From assembly GCA_026025075.1 (NCBI GenBank), contig JAPEUI010000107.1:1-53115 (forward strand): a stretch of DNA of 53,115 nt, in the 5' to 3' direction. Shown in pieces: positions 1 through 11,107 of the stretch. Each line of letters opens with the position of its first letter. Position 1 is the stretch's first letter. The notes beneath the pieces are model-generated. The model searched no databases. It was not told the origin of the DNA and saw only the letters and a list, made by a program, of their open reading frames with translations. The position numbers and the translations under genes are program-made. Source of the stretch: Vezdaea acicularis. Lineage: Eukaryota.

Positions 1-347
1 GAGAATTATAGCCGAAGCCCACCAACACCATGCGATACCTCTATCGATAAAGAACCACCGCCTAAAAGTACGCCATCAACCTAAAGTTTTATCTGGTCAG
101 CTGCGCATTGGGGGTCGATGAATCTAATCTCAAGAACGTTGCTAGTACCGATAATCTCACTCAAAATCTCTTATTTCAAGTTCTGTAAACTCTAAAAGGG
201 GGTGTTTGCCCAGCTTTAGATCTCGCGAAGTATCTAGATTATCGGGGCCTCCACTCCAGCTCGTTGAGTGCGCAACGAGCTTTCGACACTATAAAAGGGA
301 GCGCATCAATGATGACCTAGAGTCATTGAACTTCAAAGGCTATCTCA

Positions 348-1915
348 ATGCCTCAAGAAGTCAATCCTACTTTTGACGAGCTCCTATTTACCTCCGCTTC
401 AGACTCAGTTCAGAAGGCTCTTGCCAAGATTGACCGATCAGCACTTAGCATTGGTAACCGGTTGCGATCGATAGAACTAGACTCAAAGTTCATAACACGG
501 GTTGCTGCAGCTTATGACAGACCATTGATTGCCAATGAGCGATGCGGGAGCTGGTATGTTGATCCATGTATGTGCCGAGATAAGGCGTACTTCAAAAGCA
601 CGGATGGCCACACAGGCGAGTGGACGTTCAGCTCAAGGCGCCTTAATTTACATATAGTGAATGCGATAGTGGAAGGAGATGGGTATGTGCTGGACTCTGA
701 GGGCTCAATGGAATGGTGCGTTTGACTTTCTAAAGCTGTATAATAGTCGATTCTACGCGCAGGGGCAAGAGTATGTGCAAAACTCTCAGATGAAGAATCG
801 CGCTAATAGAACTTTCAAAGGTATGCCAGATGCACTCTCTAAGACAATTCCAATATGGTGTGCTGTTTTGAATCATGCTATCTTTCAAACGGGGCTGGAT
901 GTGCAAACTCCGGTTGGGGTTGTATCAGATTCCGAGCACCAACAGATAACAGAAAAGTTGGATGATTTTTCTAGTAGATTTCTTGTTAGTGCTTCATGAG
1001 TGAGTAATAAACCAGCATTGCTTACCTTATCAAGAAATTAGATATGAACTTGGAACAACTAAGAACAAAGGTTACGAAACCCCTTGTACCTCTTTTTGTC
1101 ACCCAACTATCGGATTTACCGGAGATCAAGCCAGATTTCGACGATTTCTACCCCATAATTCTCTGTACAGCATCGAAGCAATTGCCAAGTGGAGAAATTT
1201 GGGGAAATGAATACATCCAAGGTGCTGGCGATGACAGCGAAGGCTGGGCACGAGTCAGTGCTACTTCAACTCTTACCACCTTTCAGCATGCTCACCCGCT
1301 GTACAGGGTTTATCTTCTTCCCTTTTCTGGGAGAACAGAACAATCCTCTTGAAGACCCTGGACCCAGACCTCCCCGCCATGGTCGATTCTATCGTTGGCA
1401 GAGCCAGACCTACTCGGCAGGCGCCCACCCTTATTAAGCCCACAACCGGCATTTTCATTGCTTCACTCAAAGCCTTAGCAGGCCTTAACGAAGGTGCCTT
1501 CTGCGTGGTGATATGCTGTACTCCGTATTACCCAACAGATATACACGATAGTCTGCGGCCTGGCCTAGTTTATCTCAAGTGCAACATTGGAAAGCTAGGA
1601 AGCAGGGACCTGCGCAAAGAGCTTGTCAGGGCTGACCAATCCGTCCAAGATCGCGGTTTGAATGATACCTCTATACTCGTGGTTTGTGATTCAGGTAAAG
1701 ATTTGGCGGTTGGGGTTGCACTTATGATTCTTTGCAAGTATCTCGATGAGGTTGGAAATCCTCGTTTAGACAAGGATGATAAGAGTCAGAGCAAGATAAA
1801 CAAGACATTCATTATGAAACGGTTGAGTTGGATTACGGCATCAGTTCCGGACGCCAATCCGACAAGGTCGACCTTGCAAGCAGTTAATAGTTACCTAATG
1901 GCAAGGCCGTTATGA
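348..1915 (+). CDS. RIT1: Initiator tRNA A64 2'-O-ribosylphosphate transferase (multi-exon)
   Basis: Rit1 motifs ANERCGSWY, AYFKSTDGHTGEW, DSTRRGK-MPDALSKTIPIWCAV, YIQGAGDDSEGW and C-terminal CDSGKDL, spread over ORFs joined by GT-AG introns. Confidence 0.93.
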
Positions 1916-2167
1916 AGATAGGCATATTCAACCAATATCCTATGAATATTTCTGCTTTCTATCGGCTCTCGCCTCCGTGTAATTGGAGTGTGACCGAACA
2001 TTAGGGATGCATAATATCTCGCATGTAGGTCATTAAAGGGCCATTTGGGTAGTAGAATTTGCGCTATTCGTTCGACATGTACGTCGGGTTCTACTACTCC
2101 CTTTCCTTGAAAATAGTAGTACGAGCCAACCTATGATGCTTCTACCTATCCCACAGCCACAAAACCC

Positions 2168-2941
2168 CTAAACAATAGCCAGTTTTGAAGCAGCGATGTC
2201 TAGAGCATCGACGTCCGCTGTTAACCTAGCAAATGCCTTCTTTGACCCATCAGGACTGTTCCTCGATCATCAGCACCAAGAATAGGTAGAGACCCACACT
2301 ACTTATATCGACGTACCGAATTAAGGTATTGACCTTGACACAATCAACATCGTACAGCTTCTTTAAAGCTTCCTTTATCTGCCTTTTGTTTGCCTTGATA
2401 TCCACAATAAAGACCAGTGTGTTATTCTCCTCGATCTTCTTCATGGCGCTCTCGGTATTGAGAGGATGTATGATGACTTTGTGCTGGTCTAATCGTGGCT
2501 CATGGGGAATTGATTTACGCGGGTATTTAGGTGTTCGTGAGAGTTGAAGGGTCTTGGGTCTGTGGAATGTAGTCGAAAGCCGGACTTTACGGATTTTCTT
2601 TGAATGGACCTAGACAGAGACTCAGTTTTGAACATGCTGTTAGTTCTGTAGAAACGTACGCCTTTGAGAGCGGCTTTTGCTGCTGTATTTGCCTTAGACG
2701 ATGGCTTGGTTTTGCCCGCAGGCTTCAAACCTAATCATTATACATTTGTCAGTCATTGAACAGTACTTTGTATCTAACGAGTAGTGCGAAGCTCCCATGC
2801 TATCGTTGTCAACTTTTTCTTAGGTCGGCTAATGCTTCGTATGCCCTCGTAGCGCATATTACCCAGATATTGCCTTTTATCAATCAATGGAGAAAGTCAT
2901 TGGAGGTATCTACCTTTCTTGGAATCTTGCTTTGGAGCCAT
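2168..2941 (-). CDS. RPL25: 60S ribosomal protein L25 (uL23), multi-exon
   Basis: Spliced [16 protein letters not shown]...; motif [33 protein letters not shown]; ends ASKLAIV*; first intron about 2731-2913. Confidence 0.96.
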
Positions 2942-3238
2942 TATAGATGTCTCTGTCAGAGAAGAATTATGGGATAAGCTGTGTCGTCGACCCTCGTCAA
3001 GCTCCTCATCACCAATAATTTCTTTGCTTAACTGTGTGAGGGCTTCGCGTAATGAACCCTCTGATGCCAAGAGTGCAATCGCGCTAATCGGATTCTGGAT
3101 TAGCGAGTTTCTGCCCTACCATGTCCCCATCGCTATTTTCAGCTACAACTAGGACTAAAGTCCTGTAAGGATTCCGGTCGATATTTTCAGTTTTATATTA
3201 TCATTTCACATTATCACATAGAAGACCAATACCAAACA

Positions 3239-4126
3239 ATGCCGACTGCTAAAAAGAAGCGGAGATTTTCCCGCCCGAACCTCCTCTCAAATTCTCGTCC
3301 CTCTCTGAAAAGGCCGCAATCTTCAATGTCGTCCAAGACAGCGCGCACCATCATCCGGTCGCACCACTACCTGCGGAAGAAACATGCTCTAGCTGTGGCC
3401 AATGGCGATGTCACGACGACAGAAAAGCTACAGAACCAAATTGAGGCACGTGGTGGCTTAAAGAAGTATCAACAAGCGAGTATCATTGGACAGAGCAAAG
3501 ATCGAGGGGGCGACTCATCAAAGGTCCTGATGGATTGGTTAAAGTCAGTAGGACCGGAGACAAATAAGCTTTTAGACAATAGAGGGGACTCTAAGCTGCG
3601 TCTGCTAGAAGTTGGGGCACTGACGCCTAATAATGCTTGCTCAAAGCCCATGATCTTTGAGATTACAAGGATCGATCTCCATTCGCAACACCCTTCAATT
3701 GAGTCTCAGGACTTCATGGAACGTCCACTGCCGAGTCAAAATGGTGATATGTTCGATATTATTAGTCTTTCTCTTGTTCTAAACTATGTGCCAGAGGCAA
3801 ATGGAAGAGGTGAGATGCTTAGACGGACCGCCAATTTTCTACGACAAAACTACGCTTGTGATGATGGCCAACATGAACCCTTTCCGTGTCTTTTCCTTGT
3901 CCTTCCTGCGCCATGTGTCACGAACTCAAGGTATCTGGACGAAGATAGACTTGGGCAGATTATGCAAGCTCTAGGGTATCGCTGTGTACGCAGCAAGCTT
4001 TCAGACAAGCTTTTTTATTCCTTATGGTCATTCCATGCACCATCTCAAGGCCCCAGAACCAAGTTCAAGAAAATCGAGGTCAATCCAGGGAGGTCAAGAA
4101 ACAATTTTGCAGTCATACTCAGCTGA
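3239..4126 (+). CDS. BMT2: 25S rRNA adenine-N1 methyltransferase
   Basis: Intronless 295 aa ORF with GGLKKYQQAS, RGGDSSKVL, LEVGAL, QDFMERPLP, SLVLNYVP, VLPAPCVTNSRY and RNNFAV motifs. Confidence 0.93.
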   Translation: MPTAKKKRRFSRPNLLSNSRPSLKRPQSSMSSKTARTIIRSHHYLRKKHALAVANGDVTTTEKLQNQIEARGGLKKYQQASIIGQSKDRGGDSSKVLMDWLKSVGPETNKLLDNRGDSKLRLLEVGALTPNNACSKPMIFEITRIDLHSQHPSIESQDFMERPLPSQNGDMFDIISLSLVLNYVPEANGRGEMLRRTANFLRQNYACDDGQHEPFPCLFLVLPAPCVTNSRYLDEDRLGQIMQALGYRCVRSKLSDKLFYSLWSFHAPSQGPRTKFKKIEVNPGRSRNNFAVILS

Positions 4127-4211
4127 TCTAGTTTTCTCGAGCCTAGCTACTGGCTAGAACTCTCATGTTAAAAAGGAAGATACAAGAACCAGAGTCCTCA
4201 CAGTCATCTCC

Positions 4212-6525
4212 CTACAACCCAATCATATTCTTCGGCAAGAACGCCCATGCTGTTCCGATAGAACCCAGTATTGCGCCAGAAACAATCAAACTCCAACACA
4301 AGACACGCTCCTTCAGAGGTATCTCTTTTCCATATATCTTTAGAAAGAAAGAACAAGGGAGTATGATCGAAACTGTAAAGCAGAAGAAGGAGCCCATCAG
4401 GGCCATGATCCTGTCAAATGAGGGAAAAATTATTGCGACGACCACAAAGACTATCGTGACGCCAATGCGTATAGTACATTTTAAGATTCCTCGAGTCAGC
4501 GCAGACATTCCAACCATATTTTCAGAGTCAGAGACAGCGCGAACATCAAGACCTGATAGGATTTCGAAAGTGGATATAATCGGCCGTGCATTGAGGGGAA
4601 TCTTCGTGATGGCTGGGAAGGCAAAGGTCAATATGTCTTCCAATTCTTTCTTGGGGAAAAGTAAAACTCACGTATTACAGAGATGAAGACTGCCATAAGG
4701 ATAGAGAGGGATTGGGGATACCCTTTCGTTAGAAAGATATTGGAAGTAATCTCATCACGGACTGCTTCGCCAAACATAAGCAGACCAATGACGGCCATGC
4801 TGACGTCGAGAAGGTACTGTCATCAGTTAGCTGTTGCACCATATAGCTGTTTTGCTGTGATTTTTGCTAGTGAACTTACCGTGGACACGTAGGTAATGGT
4901 GACAGCTTTGCCATATTTATGCGGATGTCTCATATCTCTGTATATCTGCTAAAGCATCAGAGAACGAGTATCGATTTCCTATGGTGCAGACGACTTACGT
5001 TACCCATGACGCTATGGCCTCCATATGGCGCTTTCATATGTCAGTGAAGTAGGTCTCAAGATGAAGGAAAGACTCACACATCAGCAAGCCAAAGCTTAGT
5101 GGTAATGCCCACCAATTATCTGGCAACAAATAAGTGGTAGCTGGGTGACGCAACGAGCCAGGCTGCGTATCCTTAAGAAAGCCATCGACGAAAATAATAG
5201 CAATTACTGTTCAGATTTAGCGGACAAGCAAACATTCATAGGGAATAACTTACTTCCAAAGCAGCAAAAAACTCCAAGGATGCTCGTGAAACTAAGAACT
5301 CTCAAAGGGACAAAGCTTAGTGGAACGAGAAATAGCCCGCATATGACCTTCCACTCAACAACACCCCACATCGGAACCAGATCGTTAAGACTGTCTGCAA
5401 ACAATACCACTAACGCAACACAAGCAGCTAGAAGTTCGAGGCTGAAGAGTATGCTAATCCATATCCTTGCTTGAGGACCGAAGGCAACATATGCAATATC
5501 TCCGAAGGTTATCATCGCACCATCAACGTCTAGGCACTTGGCGAGGATTCTAGCTGTATATGCAGTGACGCCTGCGGCAAATAGCGAGAATATCATTCCG
5601 ACAAGCCAACCTGCATACTTCATACCGAGTGGCAGACTAAGTAGCCCAATTCCAACTAAGAGGTTGATGCTATTGAACACGGTCTGGGGCATTGTCGATT
5701 GACCAACCACTACATTAACAATTTTTCCATCTTCTCTTTCAACTCGCCTTACCAGCAGGGGTGTTCGCTCCTTGTCTGGTTGCTGAACCCCAGCGGCTTG
5801 TTGCTCCTGCCAGAGCTGGTTCGCATGGCGCATCGAAGCCTCATTCACTCTGCCCGAAAGAGCTCCATAACTGGTGCCGTACATTGCACTATTAGGAGAC
5901 CCTAACAGAGGAGAAGTAGCGAAGATGTCTTCTCCGTGATCTTGACTACCTTTCGGCAATTTAGCAACAGCATCCAGCGCCTCGATGCTAGGGCTTTGCT
6001 CTACTAAGTCATCCGATGTTGCCTTACCATGGGAAAGGCTTTCTTCCCGAGTCAATTGCTGCCTTAGTAGAGACGTCCGCTCTTGGTGCGCTTGTCCTGC
6101 TGGTATCCTGAGGTAATTATGACCTTCATCATCTCCATCGTCTCCAAATACCATGGATGGTCTGTGGGGAGCAACTTCGACGAAACCAGCGGCACGTTGC
6201 CATGATCTTGCGAAATTCTCAATGCTGTTGACGCCACCAGCATGCCGTATAGAGTCGATGCGCATGGAAAGAGAAGACCTATACGTTAAATAGCATTAGC
6301 AGGCTTATAATGTATCACATGCTTGATAACGAACCTCCGCCTCCGCAACTCGTTTTGATGCTCCGCACTGCTCTCTATCCCTCGTCCACTATCTCTTGGT
6401 GAGACTGCTAGCGAGCTGGGCTCGAAATGTACCCGACTTGATACATTCGACCCCGTCCTCGACAGTGGGTTACGATCTCCATATTGATAATCGTCCCAGT
6501 TGGACGGAGCTCCCCCAGTAGCCAT
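4212..6525 (-). CDS. AVT1: Vacuolar amino acid transporter (Aa_trans/AAAP family, Avt1-like), multi-exon
   Basis: GGVNSIENFARSWQRAAGF N-terminal motif, QSTMPQTVFNSINLLVGIGLLSLP, many TM segments, TKIPLNARPI. Confidence 0.88.
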
Positions 6526-7264
6526 TGCCTAGTCCCCCACAACTTAGCCTGGACGTCGATATCTTGGCATCGATCCGAAAAGTTATGCAGAGAATTCTTT
6601 CTTGGTCAATGGAAATACATCATCTGGGGTGAGATTTGGGAGAGATCTTCACAGGGCGGGGAGGCAGTGGGGCAGGAGAACATCCGACTGGGCTTATCGT
6701 GTGACTCTTGGAGCTATGCAGGGGTGTTGCTCTTGGCGCTGATCTTAGGCAGGGGCCCAGCTTCACGTGCAATGCCCTGTTCAGTTATGCCAATCGTGTT
6801 GGATATGATTCTAGCTCCCCAGACATCACGTTTTGATCGATAGCTAAGATCCTAAGTTCGGATGTGACATCAACATCAACGGGCGTACGAGACTGGCAGA
6901 AAATGTGAGGGTTGTGGAAGACAAGCGAGTACATCTTATTCGCAGACTGGCTCAACGCCCTGTTATCTGCCGAGGCCAGCGTTATTACACGTTCCCAATC
7001 CGATAGGTTTGTATGAGTGCATTCTTGAGCTAAGATATTTACATTATTGTATTATGGTAATTATTCATTAAAATTGTATCGTACACTGGCTATGCCCTAA
7101 GGTGCATAGCTGCTGTGGACACTGCGCAGATGACGATAGGGGTTTCCCATTCACGCTATCCCAATGCCACGACCAACGCCTCGCTGAAATCTTCCAGCTG
7201 TATAGACAAGCTCTCTATGATCATATATACGTTACCCCACGCATCCTCTGCCTCTGCTCGTTGT

Positions 7265-8387
7265 CTATACTTCACGCCGATCTAGAAGCTCGTAGCTGTT
7301 CTTTTGAAGTGGCCATCGCCAGAAGCGCAGCGATGATGGCACCTTCCTCCACCGCGGCTGTCCTCGTCGCATGCTGAACGTGATGAACCGTGCGTATACC
7401 CACCAGGAGCAGATGCCAATGCAGCCCGCCGCAAAGAAGCCAAGCCCTGTTAGGAAGAGCCAATGTTGGCCCATCTGAAGGCAAATCATTAGCCTCACTA
7501 CTTCATCGGGTCTGAATGATGATTTAAAGCTTACCCAGAAGATAGTCTTGGCGTCACTCCCGTGCCAGCTGCTCCCTTTGTAAGATGCGAAAAAGCTCCA
7601 CTTCTCCTGGTTGTACGAGTTAGGAAGCAATATCCTAACTCTTGCTTCCGGCGGCACGTTTCCCCACCTAATATACTCCTTCCAGATGACACTCAAGAAA
7701 AGGGGACCAGTTGAATACATCACGGTGACATAAGGGAGCTGCCAATCGTGGTTGTAGGCCTGGAGGTTGTCGATTACCCTGAGAAAGAAAGGATGCTTGG
7801 GAATAGAGCCCATTACGTCGTTGGATATGCCGGTGGGCACCGTGCTCCGTACCCACGCAGGGTATGCGAGAAGAGGATCCAGGCGGCGGTTGCAACCCTA
7901 GGTGGGGCTACGTTAGAGCTTCCTAGAAGTGTGCAGACTGCGGAGAACTCACCTGGTCAAGGTCTATATACACGCCGCCGAAGTGAACGAGTACAAAGTA
8001 CCTTATGACATCGGCTCTTTGAATGGGTTGGGTATAGCCATCGAAGACTTCGAGGAACCAAGGGTACTCCGTCGCAATGAACTCCCTTGCTAGTGCATCT
8101 GTCCATAACTTATATTCGTAATCTTTATGCAGCTCTATGCAGTTTTTCTGCGCCTGCTTCCAAACATCCGGTATCGACTCATTGATATAAGTCTGGTGTA
8201 TTATTTTTGGGATTAATTGCGGTCGAGGATCTATTGCTTCAGACCCTAGCGATGGTATCTCAGCCTTATGAACTGCGTCGGCCTGAGCATCTTCGAACAG
8301 CAGTGTTATGAGGGTAAAGACGCTCTTAACGAGGAATGCGATGACCAGCAGGTTGATTACAAGGAAGACGACGAGACCCCTACGCAT
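7265..8387 (-). CDS. SUR1: Mannosyl phosphorylinositol ceramide synthase (GT32, Sur1/Csh1), multi-exon
   Basis: N-terminal anchor, IPKIIHQT, IQRADVIRYFVL, GGVYIDLD (DxD), PTGISND, YSTGPLFLS, GSSWH. Confidence 0.92.
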
Positions 8388-9368
8388 CGCGGCAGTAGGT
8401 GCTCCACCGACCGCCGGCGAAGAATTAAGAAATGGAGCCGTGAGGCCTAGGGAGGAATTGCTGCGAGAGTCAGTCCAACAGGACAGCGCAGGTCACTGAT
8501 GGCGGCCGAAGTATTGCATACAGGCGGTCTTCTATGTGTAGCGAGTATAAACTCCTTTTCAGATTGGCGACTCCTTTCAGCAGGCGGAGATGTATTGGTC
8601 TAGAAGGGTAAATGCAAGGGGACAGGAACCGATCTCATAGTGCAGGAGGTCGATTGATGTACTACTTATATTTGGGCGAGTTCCTGGCAGTGTTCGCAGA
8701 GCAAAGGAGATTGCATAGGACGATATTGCATAGAATGACTCTCGAAAAAATCGTCACTGCAAGATCATTATTCGCGGAGATCTCTGCGAGGTAAGCGGCG
8801 ACACGCGGCTGCAGCAGGACATCGACTCTCGGACATATCTCCACAGGCGCATCCCGCTCTCGCCTATAGCCGCGCCTCGACAAAGCTTGACATCGGCATC
8901 GTTACGCGTTGACCTCCGACCCGTGTTTTGGCCGTTAAGAGGTTTGGGAAGCTCTCCGCCCTGACTGCCATCTGAAGTCCTTTGTTGCGAAGCGCGCATG
9001 GGTTGACATCGACTCCCCATCCGAATCTTTGGCCAGGCCACACCCTTATCAAACCACGACATGGTGCTGCGATACACCGGCATCGACAGACTTATCGTCT
9101 CAGCACGGCCCGAGACTAAGGCTTACGATGAAGGTTTCTTAGGCTGACCAAAGCTTTCAACGTAGCAGGCATACATTTCCATGCACACTTAGGGTTTGCT
9201 TTATAATGCCTCAGTCATTCATAAAGAGGTCTTGTTTCCTCATCTCAAGTCCGCCGCTCCCTCGGAGCGAGTCCTACCGCCTTTTTTTAGGTGGCCTTTT
9301 CTTCTGGTATATAATAATACATCGGCCGCCAATACTATTGGGTGTGCTCCTTTCATCAATCAGACGAG

Positions 9369-9905
9369 ATGGTCTGGGCAAGCCTAGTATTCCTTAAACC
9401 CTGCGCCTCTGTCTTGGTCTCGTTTGTCCTCGCGATCACATTTCTCAATTCCCCGTGCGATGCCACGTTGGGTCTCATCGAAGGAGTGCAAAGCCTCCGA
9501 TGTAGCGGCCCTCTCCCGGATGGGCTATACGGTGCACATAGTGCAGGGCCCAGATTTGCAAGTCTCGCCGGCACCAACTTTAGGTCGCTGGAACATCTCT
9601 GCAAATACAAATTTGACGGCTTTTCCATTTCCGATATAGGCTTCTATTGCATTAAATCTGGGAAGACCCTGTCTGTCATCTTTGATCCCACTCGCGGGGC
9701 CTACTTCAAGGATCACGTCAAGCAACATTGTTTCGATCATTGTCGATGTATTCAGCGAACCCGCAGGAAATTATTGGAGGAGCCTAATGTTCACCCGTCA
9801 CGGAATGAGGAGGCTTTGGCTCTGGAATCCGGACCATTGCGCCAGCAGAGACTGCCTCTTCCAACTCCGTCACGAACTTTGTATACACGGAGTGGAGGAT
9901 TATAG
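9369..9905 (+). CDS. Putative secreted Cys-domain protein, paralogue A (C-terminus possibly truncated or decaying)
   Basis: ATG at 9369, hydrophobic signal-like N-terminus (VLVSFVLAITFL), six-Cys pattern shared with the gene at 11108-12982. Confidence 0.65.
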   Translation: MVWASLVFLKPCASVLVSFVLAITFLNSPCDATLGLIEGVQSLRCSGPLPDGLYGAHSAGPRFASLAGTNFRSLEHLCKYKFDGFSISDIGFYCIKSGKTLSVIFDPTRGAYFKDHVKQHCFDHCRCIQRTRRKLLEEPNVHPSRNEEALALESGPLRQQRLPLPTPSRTLYTRSGGL

Positions 9906-10801
9906 ATCGTCTAAAAAAGGCCGTCGCAAACTAAAGAGAGTGGGAGTAAATGTACGGCCCATGATGAATGGTATATTTCAAGTATTGCTTCCGTCTGCTC
10001 TTGGGCTACCGATGAAATTCAAATCGCGGCGAGCCAACTTCTGACTGCAGTCCAGGATGATGACAAAAGGAGGTTTAAGCCGATCGGCTAGCCTGACCGT
10101 CGTATAATGTACTAGTGTCCTCGTGTTCCTTAGTTTTGGGGAGGGTGATAGCGCGTCACGACCCGAAAGTTCCAGTACACACTCGAAGCTCATACAGTTT
10201 CAGGTTTCTCGACCAGGGGAATGAGCTGTCAAGTAATCGGTCCCGTCCCTTCAGTTGCCCAAGTTTCCAAAGTCCCTTCGAGTGCATCTATGCTTCAGAA
10301 CGTCACAAGACTAGCCTAGAACGTCTCCAGGGAGGTTACAGTTGGGCTTACGGGTCCTAACCAATAGTGTATAGAGGTTACGCCGCAATCCTGGCCGACT
10401 CAGGCCCAAAATGAGCCTGGGCAAAGCTTGTTCGGGGGCTTACCTTCAAGTCCTAGGCCAAAGTTGAGGTGTTCAACACTGGATCCTACCTTAGGGTAAG
10501 AACCATACGTACTGTTCACGAATGTTCATGAGCATATAGGTAGCCATTTATTCTATAGATGAAATCTCTCTATAACAAAAATTCTCATTATATGAAAAAT
10601 TCTTCGTTATATAAGCCCCTGTCCGCTATCACGAGCACTCTCTCGGTATTACTTCACTGAAAAGACACCAGTTCATGGAGATCGCAAAAGTCCACAGTCC
10701 ACATGCGAAGAGTCGTAGGATATGGCTGTAGAGTCAGGCTGAGCTTGATCTTTCCAATATATTAGACTTCCTCATAGCCTGGGTACAATTCTACGACAGT
10801 C

Positions 10802-11034
10802 CACGGGGTATAGCCTACGTCTGTTCCGCTAAGACGTGGCGTCCGATTTTTGCGATACTTCAGCACCACGACCACAGATGCGAACGAAATTTAAAAACCT
10901 ATTGAGGTATCTCACGATAGAATAGGATGTCCTCTGCCATTAATAAAATTGTTTGACGTGGAAGGGTGGACGGTGGAAAATCGGGAAAATCGGACGCCAC
11001 TTCTTGGCAGAACAGACATAGGCTATACCCCGTG
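10802..11034. mobile_element. Non-autonomous DNA transposon (MITE), 233 bp, 49-bp TIRs, probable 2-bp TSD (TC)
   Basis: 10802-10850 CACGGGGTATAGCCTACGTCTGTTCCGCTAAGACGTGGCGTCCGATTTT matches the reverse complement of 10986-11034 at 45/49; TC flanks both ends; no ORF inside. Confidence 0.85.
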
Positions 11035-11107
11035 TCCTAAAGCTTAGGTCTAGCTCAAGTGACGCCCATGGTTCGGCCCGGCATAAACAGACTATTCTTA
11101 TTGGGCT

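Noticed and set aside
2731..2913. Long first intron of RPL25 as a snoRNA host
   Set aside because: No clear C/D or H/ACA box arrangement; the CTGAC present is the branch site
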